Made by a program: the position numbers and the translations under genes
Assembly (NCBI GenBank): GCA_963771175.1
Contig: CAVYSY010000056.1
Span: 96,001-160,000 of the forward strand
Direction of reading: 5' to 3'
Length of the DNA stretch: 64,000 nt
From: an uncultured delta proteobacterium
Lineage (GTDB): Bacteria; Myxococcota; Myxococcia; Myxococcales; Myxococcaceae
Notes under the pieces: generated by a model
The model's database searches: none
The model's input: the letters and a program-made list of their open reading frames with translations, nothing else
Told to the model about the DNA's origin: nothing
Shown here: positions 1 to 11,561 of the stretch, piece after piece
Layout: each line of letters starts with the position of its first letter
Numbering within the stretch: the stretch's first letter is position 1

Positions 1-106
1 CCGTGGAGCCACGAAGCGCGTCGTTCCGGAAGCTCTGGAGGAGGCCCGTTGCGCGCCCTCCCCCCTCGAGGAATGGGCCTTCACCGCCGACCACCCCGAT
101 GGCTTC

Positions 107-1654
107 ATGGCCCTGCGGGGCGTGCGAGCCACCTCCGGCGAGCTCGTCGAGTTCCTCTGGGACTACCTCAACCCCGCCGCCGAGGCGCTGCTGGGCATGC
201 GCCTGGCGGACCTGCGGGGCCGCGGCATCGTCGCGCTGCTGCCCTACGTGCGCACCGGCGGCTTCCTCGCGCGTCTGTCCCAGGTGGTGGAGACGGGCCA
301 GCCCTACGTGGACGAGGTGCTCTTCCCCCTGCACAGCCGCGAGCGGTGGTTCCGCCTCGTCACCCTCAAGCGCGGGGAGGGGGTGTTCCTCTGGTTCACC
401 GACATCACCCGCCGCAAGCGCGAGGAGCTGGAGACGGGCTTCCTCGCCGAGGTCAGCCACCTGCTCACCGCCTCGTTGGACGTGGAGAGCGCCCTGCCCG
501 AGCTGGCCCGCCGCTGCGTGCCCACGCTCAGCGAGGGCTGCGTCCTCCAGGTGATGGACGGCCACGGCCAGCCGTTGATGCTCGAGACGGTGGCCACCGA
601 GCCCACCCAGGAGGCGCTGCTCGGTGAGGTGCTGCGGCACTCCACCGAGGCCCCCTCCGGCCTCGTGGGCCTGCGGTTGCCCCAGGAGGAGCCCCAGCTC
701 CTCGCCGAGCTGACGCCCCCGCTGCTCCAGGCCCTCACCCACGACGGCGAGCACCTGCGCCTCCTGCGGGCGCTCGAGCCGCGCTCCCTGCTCGCCGTGC
801 CCCTGCGCGCGCGTGGGCGCCCCCTGGGCTCGCTCGTCCTCCTCACCTTCTCCGAGCGCTCCTTCGGACCGGAGGACCTGCGCTTCGCCAAGGAGCTCGC
901 CGACCGCGTGGCCCTCTCGGTGGACAACGTCCTCCTCTTCCGCGAGGCCCGCCAGGCCGTGGCCCAGCGCGACGAGTTCTTCACCGTGGCCGCCCACGAG
1001 CTGCGCACCCCCACCACCTCCCTCAAGCTCAACGTGCAGTCGCTCCTGCGAGGGGCCCGCCGCGACGAGGCCGGCGCGCTGCCCGCCCCGCTCCTGGCCA
1101 AGCTGGAGAACGTGGACCGCAACGCCGGCCGCCTCAACGCGCTCGTCAACGAGTTGCTCGACGTCACCCGCATCCACTCCGGCCGGCTGCGCCTGGAGTT
1201 GGAGGAGGTGGACCTGGGAGAGCTCGTCCACGACGTGGCCGCGCGCTTCGAGCTGCCCGCCACCCAGGCCCGCAGCCCCCTCCACCTGCACGCCCCCGCG
1301 TCCGCCACCGGCACCTGGGACAGGCTGCGGCTGGAGCAGGTGGTCACCAACCTCCTGTCCAACGCCCTCAAGTACGGCGCCGGCAAGCCCGTGGACGTGC
1401 GCGTGGAGGCCGACGCCGAGCGCGTGCGCCTGGTGGTGCGCGACGAGGGCATCGGCATCGCCCCGGAGAGCCTGCCGCGCCTCTTCGGCCGCTTCGAGCG
1501 CGCCGTGAGCGACAGGCACTACGGCGGCCTGGGCCTCGGCCTCTACATCACCCGGCAAATCGTCCAGGCCCTCGGCGGCACGGTGAGCGTGTGGAGCGCG
1601 CCCGGCGCGGGGGCCACCTTCACGGTGGAGCTGCCCCGCAGGGCCACCCCTTGA
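107..1654 (+). CDS. PAS/GAF sensor histidine kinase (start may lie upstream; frame is open to the window edge)
   Basis: H-box AAHELRTP, N-box NLLSNALKY, G1 DEGIG, G2 GLGLGLYI; N-terminal PAS-like and GAF segments. Confidence 0.9.
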   Translation: MALRGVRATSGELVEFLWDYLNPAAEALLGMRLADLRGRGIVALLPYVRTGGFLARLSQVVETGQPYVDEVLFPLHSRERWFRLVTLKRGEGVFLWFTDITRRKREELETGFLAEVSHLLTASLDVESALPELARRCVPTLSEGCVLQVMDGHGQPLMLETVATEPTQEALLGEVLRHSTEAPSGLVGLRLPQEEPQLLAELTPPLLQALTHDGEHLRLLRALEPRSLLAVPLRARGRPLGSLVLLTFSERSFGPEDLRFAKELADRVALSVDNVLLFREARQAVAQRDEFFTVAAHELRTPTTSLKLNVQSLLRGARRDEAGALPAPLLAKLENVDRNAGRLNALVNELLDVTRIHSGRLRLELEEVDLGELVHDVAARFELPATQARSPLHLHAPASATGTWDRLRLEQVVTNLLSNALKYGAGKPVDVRVEADAERVRLVVRDEGIGIAPESLPRLFGRFERAVSDRHYGGLGLGLYITRQIVQALGGTVSVWSAPGAGATFTVELPRRATP

Positions 1655-1757
1655 CTCCCGACGGGCGGACGGGGGCCCGCGTGGGCCTGTCCGGCGATGG
1701 ACGCTCTTCCGCCAATGGGTGGATTTACGCCGGCCAAGCTGCTTGGAAGGAGGGCCC

Positions 1758-4286
1758 ATGAGCTCGTCCACCGAGTCGGGCCCGAGGGCCGAGCCCGCGA
1801 GCCCGCCCCCGCTGCCCCTGACGTGGCCCACCGCGCTGTTCGGCCTCATCTTCGGCGTGGCCATGACGTATGCGCCGTACGAGTTCCACGCGGCCTTCTT
1901 CCGGCCGCTCTACCCGTACGTGCGCGGCATGGGCGTGGCGTACCTGGCCAGCAGCATCGTGCTCATGGCCACCATGCTCTACCCGCGGGCGCCGCGCTGG
2001 CTGGACGTGCTGGGGCGCGTGGGCTTCGGCGCCGTCACCGGCCTGTACTGGTGGGTGGTCAACGTGCGCACCGGCGGCCTCACCGGCGCCATCCTCTACC
2101 CGCTGCTGCTGGTGGGGCTCGCGCTGGAGGTCTCCCCGGAGTGGCGGCGGCGCGAGGTGTTCCGCGGCGTGGTGTCCCTGCTGGCGCTCGCCTTCGGCCT
2201 CCTCATGCTGACGGCGGGCGAGCGCTTCCCCTCCGTCTTCTACGCCTCGCTGGCGCCGATGCTGGTGCCCATGGGGCTCACCTTCCTGGGTTGCGGGGCC
2301 GGGCTGCTGGCCCCGGTGGCCACCCGCTGGCCACGCCTGCCCCGCCTGCTCTTCGGCGTGCTGGCGGTGGACTTCTCGCTGCTGGCGTGGGGGCTGGGCC
2401 GCATCGGCTCGGGGCCGGCCGCCAGCATCTACCTCATCTTCACCCTCTCGTGCGCCGCCGTGGCCGCCAACTGGCGCCCCCGCGCCCCGCGCACCGTGGG
2501 CATCAAGCTGCTGCGGGGCCTGGCCTTCGCCGGGCTGGTGCCGCTGCTGGCCCTGGGCGGCTTCGCGGCCTTCCTCGCCCAGGGCGGCATCGAGCGCCAG
2601 GTGCGCGACGACACCGTGCGCGCCGCCGCCGGCGAGGCGGACTTCCTGGTGCTCTACCTGAATGACGCGCGCGAGTCCCTCCAACTGCTGCTGGGCTCCC
2701 CCGGCTTCCGCGCCGCCTTCGCCGCCAGGGACCGGGCGAAGATGGAGGAGCACCTGCGCAACCTCCCCGCGCAGGCGCACGCCTTCGACGCCGCCCTCGT
2801 CGTGGACAAGGAGGGCCAGGGGCTGGCCGCCTCCTTCGCCGAGGAGGAGCTGGGCAGCTTCGCCCACCGCGACTACCACGCCGGCGTGCTGAGCACCGGC
2901 GCCGCCTACATCTCCCGCCCCTTCATCAGCCAGCTCGGCCTGGCCCACGTGGCGGTGGCCCTGCCCTTCAAGAAGGAGGGGAAGCTGGAGGGCATGCTCG
3001 TGGGCCTGCTGTCCCTGGAGCGCCTGTCCGCCGCCGTCACGCCCGCGGCCCAGCGCTTCCGGGTGCAGGTGGTGGACAGGCGCGGGCTGCTGCTGCTGCG
3101 CGACACCCAGTCCAGCACCCCCCTGCTGAGCGAGGCCCTCCTGCCCCGCCCCCTGCGCCTGCGCATGCCCGACGGCGACGAGGGCGTGGTGGAGACGTTC
3201 GGCCCGGAGGACCAGCGGATTCTGCTGGCCGCCGACTCGCCCGTGCCCGGCACCGAGTGGAGCGTCGTCGTCACCCAGGACCTGGGCGTGGCCTACCGCG
3301 CCATCACCCGCACCAGCGTGGCCTTCATCGCCATCCTCGCCCTGGGCGTGCTCCTCATGCTGGCCCTCTCGCAGTTCGTCGCCCGCGACATCATCCGCCG
3401 CCTGGAGACGCTGGTGCAGGCCACCGCCGCCATCGCCCGGGGCGAGCTGGGCCGGCGCGTCCCCGAGGAGGAGGACGACGAGCTGGGCGAGCTGTGCCGC
3501 GGCTTCAACGAGATGGCCACCCGCACCGAGGCCGCCCAGGCCGAGCTGCGCGAGGCGGTGCGCCTGCGCGAGGAGTTCCTCTCCGTGGCCAGCCACGAGC
3601 TGCGCACGCCCCTCACCCCCCTCAAGGGCTTCGCCGCCCTCACCCTCAACCGCATGGAGAAGGGCGCGGACTTCCCCGAGCGCGAGCGCACCCTCAAGGC
3701 CCTGCGCTCCATGGCCCGGCAGACGGACCGCCTCACCCGGCTGGTGGATGACCTGCTGGACACCTCGCGCATTCAAGCCGGCCGCTTCGAGCTGGAGCGC
3801 GCCCGGGTGGACCTGGTGCCCCTCGTCCGCGAGGTGCTGGAGCGCTTCGAGCTGCGGGGCGAGGAGGGGCTGCGCTTCCTCTTCGACACCCCCGAGGCCC
3901 CCGTGGAGGGCGTCTGGGACGGCCCCCGGCTGGAGCAGGTCATCACCAACCTGCTCTCCAACGCGGTGCGTTATTCCCCCCAGGGGGGCACGGTGCGCGT
4001 CCACTTCCACCTCACCCCCGAGGCGGTGGAGCTGCGGGTGGGAGATGAGGGGATTGGTATCCCACCCGAGAGCCTGGCCCTCCTCTTCCAGCCCTTCGCC
4101 CGCGCCTCCAACGCCACCGCCCGCCACTTTGGCGGCCTGGGCCTGGGGCTCTTCATCTGCCGCGAAATCGTCCAGCGGCACGGCGGCACCATCTGGGCGG
4201 AGAGTCCGGGGGCCCACCAGGGAAGTTGCTTCCACGTCCGCCTGCCCCGCGAGCAGCCGGCCTCGACCGTGGCCGCCGCGAGCTGA
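1758..4286 (+). CDS. Multi-TM membrane sensor histidine kinase with Cache-like and HAMP domains
   Basis: Many N-terminal hydrophobic helices; Cache-like RDYH..YISRPFIS; HAMP DELGELCRGFNEM; ASHELRTP; NLLSNAVRY; GLGLGL; GGAGGG just before ATG 1758. Confidence 0.88.
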   Translation: MSSSTESGPRAEPASPPPLPLTWPTALFGLIFGVAMTYAPYEFHAAFFRPLYPYVRGMGVAYLASSIVLMATMLYPRAPRWLDVLGRVGFGAVTGLYWWVVNVRTGGLTGAILYPLLLVGLALEVSPEWRRREVFRGVVSLLALAFGLLMLTAGERFPSVFYASLAPMLVPMGLTFLGCGAGLLAPVATRWPRLPRLLFGVLAVDFSLLAWGLGRIGSGPAASIYLIFTLSCAAVAANWRPRAPRTVGIKLLRGLAFAGLVPLLALGGFAAFLAQGGIERQVRDDTVRAAAGEADFLVLYLNDARESLQLLLGSPGFRAAFAARDRAKMEEHLRNLPAQAHAFDAALVVDKEGQGLAASFAEEELGSFAHRDYHAGVLSTGAAYISRPFISQLGLAHVAVALPFKKEGKLEGMLVGLLSLERLSAAVTPAAQRFRVQVVDRRGLLLLRDTQSSTPLLSEALLPRPLRLRMPDGDEGVVETFGPEDQRILLAADSPVPGTEWSVVVTQDLGVAYRAITRTSVAFIAILALGVLLMLALSQFVARDIIRRLETLVQATAAIARGELGRRVPEEEDDELGELCRGFNEMATRTEAAQAELREAVRLREEFLSVASHELRTPLTPLKGFAALTLNRMEKGADFPERERTLKALRSMARQTDRLTRLVDDLLDTSRIQAGRFELERARVDLVPLVREVLERFELRGEEGLRFLFDTPEAPVEGVWDGPRLEQVITNLLSNAVRYSPQGGTVRVHFHLTPEAVELRVGDEGIGIPPESLALLFQPFARASNATARHFGGLGLGLFICREIVQRHGGTIWAESPGAHQGSCFHVRLPREQPASTVAAAS

Positions 4287-4420
4287 ACCTCGCACGGTGG
4301 GTCACGGAAGACTCGTTTTCTGGGGGGGCTGGTGCGGAAAGGGGGAATTCACGGTAATGTCTTTTTCCACCGAGGCGGTTCCCCAGGTCGCCCTGGCGAC
4401 AGGAGCCGAATCCCCCCCTC

Positions 4421-7233
<2,813 letters not shown>

Positions 7234-7339
7234 GGGCCTCGGTCGGTTATCGGACCCTCCTCCTCCTGACGGATAGGGAGGGCGGGGCAACTGGGACAGG
7301 CTGCGCTCCCGTCCTCTTCCCGCACTCCGAGGTCTCCCG

Positions 7340-8743
7340 ATGAACCGGACATTGCTGTTGCTGGCCACCGCCGGACTGCTCGCCCTGGCGGCGGGGGTGG
7401 TGGGCCTGCCCCGCCAGAAGGACACGAGCCACACCGTGGCCCGGCCCGGCGAGGAGCCCGGCGGGGTGCTGCTGACGCCCGTCACGGCGAAGAGCGGCGC
7501 GCTGACGCTGGAGGGCAAGCTGTCCGGGGCCTACATGGCCGCGGGGCCGAGCGAGGCCTTCACCTCCCTGACGGTGCGCGCGGACAAGCCCCGCGAGGAG
7601 AAGCGGGTGCCGGTGAGCCTGGCGCTCGTCATCGACCGCTCGGGCTCCATGCGCGGGCAGAAGCTGACGGACGCGAAGCACGCGGCGCGGACGCTGGTGC
7701 AGCGGCTGGAGCCCGAGGACCGGCTGGCGCTGGTGCACTACGGCACGGACGTGCGCGTCTTCCCCAGCACGCCGGTGTCGGAGTCGGCGCGCCAGGAGAT
7801 GCTCCAGTTCGTGGACGCCATCGAGGACGAGGGCTCCACCAACATCAGCGGCGGCCTGGAGGAGGCGGCCAACGAGCTGCGCAAGTACACGAAGGGCTAC
7901 CGGGTGAGCCGCATCATCCTGCTGAGCGACGGGCAGCCCACCGCGGGGCTGGTGGAGCCCGAGGAGCTGACGCGGCTGGCCGCCACCTTCCAGCGCGAGG
8001 GAATGACGGTGAGCGGGCTGGGCGTGGGCGAGGACTTCAACGAGCGGCTGATGCAGGGCATGGCCGAGCAGGGCGGCGGCTTCTACGGCTACATCCAGGA
8101 CTCGGAGCGGCTGGCGGACATCTTCCGGCGCGAGCTGGAGCAGGCGGCGGGGACGGTGGCGCGCGGGGTGGAGCTGCGGCTGGAGCTGCCCGAGGGGGTG
8201 ACGGAGGCGGAAGTCATGGGCGTGACGGCCCGGCGCGAGGGCCGCACCCTGGTGGTGCCGCTGTACGACCTGGCGGGCGGACAGGACGCCCAGGTGGTGG
8301 TGAAGCTCACCCTGTCGCTGGAGGCCACCGAGGAGGCCCGGGGCCTGCTGACGTCGCGGCTACGCTACTGGGACGTGGGGGCCGAGCGGCAGGTGGAGAC
8401 GGAGCTCGGCCTGACGGCGAAGGTGACGGAGGACGAGTCGGTGGTGCGCGCCCACCTGGACCGCGAGGTGCGGGTGTACGCGGTGCGGGCGCTCGGGGCG
8501 CGGGAGCTGCAGGCGGCCGCCGAGGAGATGAAGCGGGGCAACCGCGACCGGGCGCTCGGGATGTTGGACAACGCACGCAGCCTGTTCGGCACCTCGGCGG
8601 AGGCGCTGGCGGGGGAGCTTGCGGACGTGGACCGGACCCGGGCAGCCTATCTCAACGCGCAGGATGAAACCGCCGAGCGGCGTGAGGCGTTACAGCTTCA
8701 TCGCAAGTCGCTGAAGACGTTCGGCCAGAACAACTCCTATTGA
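7340..8743 (+). CDS. von Willebrand factor A domain protein with N-terminal signal/anchor
   Basis: MIDAS motif DRSGSM, GSTN, ILLSDG; hydrophobic N-terminus; GAGG RBS. Confidence 0.88.
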   Translation: MNRTLLLLATAGLLALAAGVVGLPRQKDTSHTVARPGEEPGGVLLTPVTAKSGALTLEGKLSGAYMAAGPSEAFTSLTVRADKPREEKRVPVSLALVIDRSGSMRGQKLTDAKHAARTLVQRLEPEDRLALVHYGTDVRVFPSTPVSESARQEMLQFVDAIEDEGSTNISGGLEEAANELRKYTKGYRVSRIILLSDGQPTAGLVEPEELTRLAATFQREGMTVSGLGVGEDFNERLMQGMAEQGGGFYGYIQDSERLADIFRRELEQAAGTVARGVELRLELPEGVTEAEVMGVTARREGRTLVVPLYDLAGGQDAQVVVKLTLSLEATEEARGLLTSRLRYWDVGAERQVETELGLTAKVTEDESVVRAHLDREVRVYAVRALGARELQAAAEEMKRGNRDRALGMLDNARSLFGTSAEALAGELADVDRTRAAYLNAQDETAERREALQLHRKSLKTFGQNNSY

Positions 8744-8752
8744 AAGGCCCCC

Positions 8753-9847
8753 ATGGCCCTGTCGGTACAGCTCCAGGAACGCGAGGACTTCGAGGTGCGC
8801 ACGCTGCGTGCGCTGGGGGGTGGAGCGGCCGCGGGCCTGTTCGCGGTGGCGGCCTCGCGGCTGCACGTCCACGTGGACACGGGCTTCTTCGCACTGGCGG
8901 GGGCGGCACTGGCCAGCGCTCGGGTGGACTGGAAGGTGCGGCTGGGCATGGTGGTGGGCCTGCCGGTGCTGCTCGGCATCCCCGAAGTGCTGAACGTGCC
9001 GACGCCTCTGGCCGAGGCCTGCATGGGGACCCTCTCGGCCGGCCTGGTGGGCTGGCTGGGGACGAGCTGGCGGCCGAAGCCGCTTCAAATCCTGGCCGGA
9101 GCCGTGGGCGCGGGTGCGCTGGTGCCGCTGGGGCTGTTCGTGAAGCAGGTGATGGACGCGCGGCTGTTCGATGGACGGCTGGGCGCGGTGGGGGCGGTGC
9201 TGGGCTTCGCGGCGGTGGCGCTCTTCTGGGGGGTGGGGACGCTGGCGGCGCACGTGCAGGTGCACGGGGACGCGGTGGAGGCACGGGGCACGGTGCTGGA
9301 GAAGCAGCTCTCGGGCGAGGCCCAGGGACTGGTGGCGCGCGCGGTGGCGCTGTACCGCCAGTGCCGGAAGGTGACGGGGAAGCTCGGGGCGGGGCCGGGG
9401 CGCACGGAGCTGGTGGGCGTGCTGGAGAAGATGGCGCGCGAGGTGTTCGCCCTCGCCGAGTCCCACGCGGGACTGGAGGCGCAGCTCAAGGCGGTGGAGC
9501 AGGGGGACGTGGACGCGCAGGTGAAGGAGCTGCGCGCGAAGGCCGCCGCGATGACGGACGCGGTGGCGCGACGGCAGCTCGAGCTGGCGGCCTCGTCGCT
9601 GGGCGAGGAGCTGAACCACCTGGACGTGCTGGGCCGCAAGCGGGAGCGACTGCTGGCGCAGTTGCACGCGCAGGTGGCGCTGCTGGAGCGGGCGCGGGTG
9701 TCGCTCGTGGGAGTCCAGGGCGGCGACCTGGGAACGAAGGGCGCACAGGCCGAGCAGCTCGCGCGCAAGCTGGCGGCACTGGGCCAGGAGGACTCGGGCG
9801 CACCGGCTCCGGCCCCACTGCCCGAGTCCACCAAGGTGACGGGCTGA
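8753..9847 (+). CDS. Hypothetical membrane protein (about 5 TM helices, then a helical/coiled-coil C-terminus)
   Basis: Starts 9 nt after the vWA gene; typical codon bias; TM-rich N-half and heptad-rich C-half. Confidence 0.75.
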   Translation: MALSVQLQEREDFEVRTLRALGGGAAAGLFAVAASRLHVHVDTGFFALAGAALASARVDWKVRLGMVVGLPVLLGIPEVLNVPTPLAEACMGTLSAGLVGWLGTSWRPKPLQILAGAVGAGALVPLGLFVKQVMDARLFDGRLGAVGAVLGFAAVALFWGVGTLAAHVQVHGDAVEARGTVLEKQLSGEAQGLVARAVALYRQCRKVTGKLGAGPGRTELVGVLEKMAREVFALAESHAGLEAQLKAVEQGDVDAQVKELRAKAAAMTDAVARRQLELAASSLGEELNHLDVLGRKRERLLAQLHAQVALLERARVSLVGVQGGDLGTKGAQAEQLARKLAALGQEDSGAPAPAPLPESTKVTG

Positions 9848-9876
9848 GCACCCTCCCCGCCCAAGGCGCGTCCAAC

Positions 9877-10026
9877 ACAGGAGGCCCTCCGGGCTCGGTT
9901 CCGAAAAACCTGTCCGACAGTCGGACAGGTTTTTGAAAAACGCGCCCGGGAGGTCGGCGGGTCTCGCGGGACAGGAGGACCCTCCGGGCTCGGTTCCGCG
10001 CAACTTGTACACATAGTGGACAAGTT
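9877..10026. repeat. Composite REP-like element: two 27/28-nt direct repeats, each followed by a palindrome
   Basis: ACAGGAGG(A)CCCTCCGGGCTCGGTTCCG at 9877-9903 and 9971-9998; perfect inverted repeat AAAAACCTGTCCGAC-A-GTCGGACAGGTTTTT at 9904-9934; near-perfect AACTTGTACAC-ATA-GTGGACAAGTT at 10002-10026. Confidence 0.85.
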
Positions 10027-10103
10027 CGTGACGAGCGCGACCAGGAGGCCAGTGGGTCTCTGGGGGGTGGCAGGCGTGTGCGGCGCGGACGCGCTGATGT
10101 TGC

Positions 10104-10842
10104 TCAGTCCTCGAACTCATCACGGTGCCGCAAGCAGACGGCGCTCGCCAGCATCGTGATGCCAATCACCAGGCAGGGGTAGGACTCCGGCGGGGTCTGG
10201 CCCGACATCAACACGAAGAGGGAGAGAGCGAACACCCCCAGCAGCCCGAGCGCCCCATTGGCGAAGAACTTCAGCCACCGGAGGCGATACCGCTCCGCCA
10301 GGGCCGACAGGACCGCCGGCAGGAACATCACCCCCGCGAGGATCCCCAGTCCGTCGAGGTAGTGCGTCCAGTCGCGCGTGCTGGTCAGCGCGACCACTAC
10401 GGTCGGCAGGACCGCGCTCATCGCGGCCAGCCTCACGCCCCAGCGAGAATGAGCGGGACAGCGCCCGCGGCGAGAACCCGCGCATCCGCTCCAGCACCTC
10501 CGGGGGCACCTCGAGCGCATAGGGATAGCCGAGCGCCAGGAGCGCATTCAACGCCTCGGGGCGTACCAAACGCCCGTCCTTGCCGGAGAGGTTCCCGAGC
10601 GCCTCATCCGACAGGAGGCGCAGCAACTGGTCCGCTCGCTCGCGCGGGGACTCCCCCTCCACGAGGGGCCCCGAGAGCCCGGCCAGGAGCCCCTCCACGT
10701 CCCCGAGCGTCACCCCGGGGGAACTCACCGTCTCCACCCACTCCCGCAGCGGGAGCGCCCTCGGGCCGGACTCCAGGGAGGCCAGTCCCGGGAGGGCACT
10801 CTCCTCGGAAGGGGCGGGGGCGATGGCTCGGATGCGCTCCAT
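10104..10842 (-). CDS. Hypothetical protein, soluble N-domain plus about 4 TM helices, frameshift near 10440
   Basis: N-part in ORF 10120..10842 (..ALLALGYPYALEVPPE..) continues into the hydrophobic C-part of ORF 10104..10547. Confidence 0.6.
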
Positions 10843-10872
10843 GACGGAGACGAGTCTAGAACTTCACCGCGC

Positions 10873-11244
10873 CTACTTCGACGTCCGGGACCGGTTCGCG
10901 CCGGAGTCTCCCTTGCGGGCCTCGGTGCGCAATGGCGTCACCGGGAGCAGGCGCGCCGCGGCCGTCAGCCTCGTGATGATGCGGGTATTGGCAGTGCCCG
11001 GATGCTCCTCCTGCAGGAGCTGGTCGATGCGCTGCTCTATCTCCTCGCGCATGCGCCGGCCCTCGGCGAGCGCCGCGTCGATCCGGTCACGCACCTGCAC
11101 GGAGTGCTCGTCCATCGCGGCGCGACGGTACGCGGCGGTTTCCCGGCGCACCGCGATGCGCCCCGCCGGCCCCCCCGTCTTCCGGGGCCGCTTCACCGTG
11201 GGGCGCTTCCGTTCCCCCGTTCCTTCCTTGCGCTTGTCCGCCAT
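10873..11244 (-). CDS. Small basic/coiled-coil hypothetical protein
   Basis: GGAGG RBS before ATG 11244; MADKRKEG..; helical core RIDAALAEGRRMREEIEQRID. Confidence 0.55.
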   Translation of the reverse strand: MADKRKEGTGERKRPTVKRPRKTGGPAGRIAVRRETAAYRRAAMDEHSVQVRDRIDAALAEGRRMREEIEQRIDQLLQEEHPGTANTRIITRLTAAARLLPVTPLRTEARKGDSGANRSRTSK

Positions 11245-11561
11245 CGCGGCCTCCTGCTTCACATTCCGCTCTCCCCCGAAGGTGGGGAGTGCACCGACGG
11301 GCTGCCAGTCCCCTCCCGGGGTCGAGTAAGTGCGGCCGGCCGGACAGTGGGCCCTCGGCCCGCCAGCCCCTCCCCACCGTCGCACTGCCCCGAGGCCCGC
11401 GCCCCTGTCCACCATCCGACACAGGCCTGGCGGTGGCGGCGCCCCTGGCGGCCCTCGTTCAGACGCGCATCCACGCAATTGACGCGAACTCCGTTCGTCC
11501 CCTGTCCGGGAATAAGAACAAGGACAAGAAGTAGGAAGGGCCGCGAGGGGGGAACGTCCAC

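Noticed and set aside
1725..4295. Long antisense ORFs (for example 1725..4295-, 11259..14423-, 29369..31771+, 33344..37744+, 38125..40620-)
   Set aside because: Shadow frames of real genes, expected in high-GC DNA; no motifs and implausible composition.
9877..10026. Mini CRISPR array
   Set aside because: Only two repeat copies, a 67-nt intervening segment that is itself palindromic, and no cas genes in the window.
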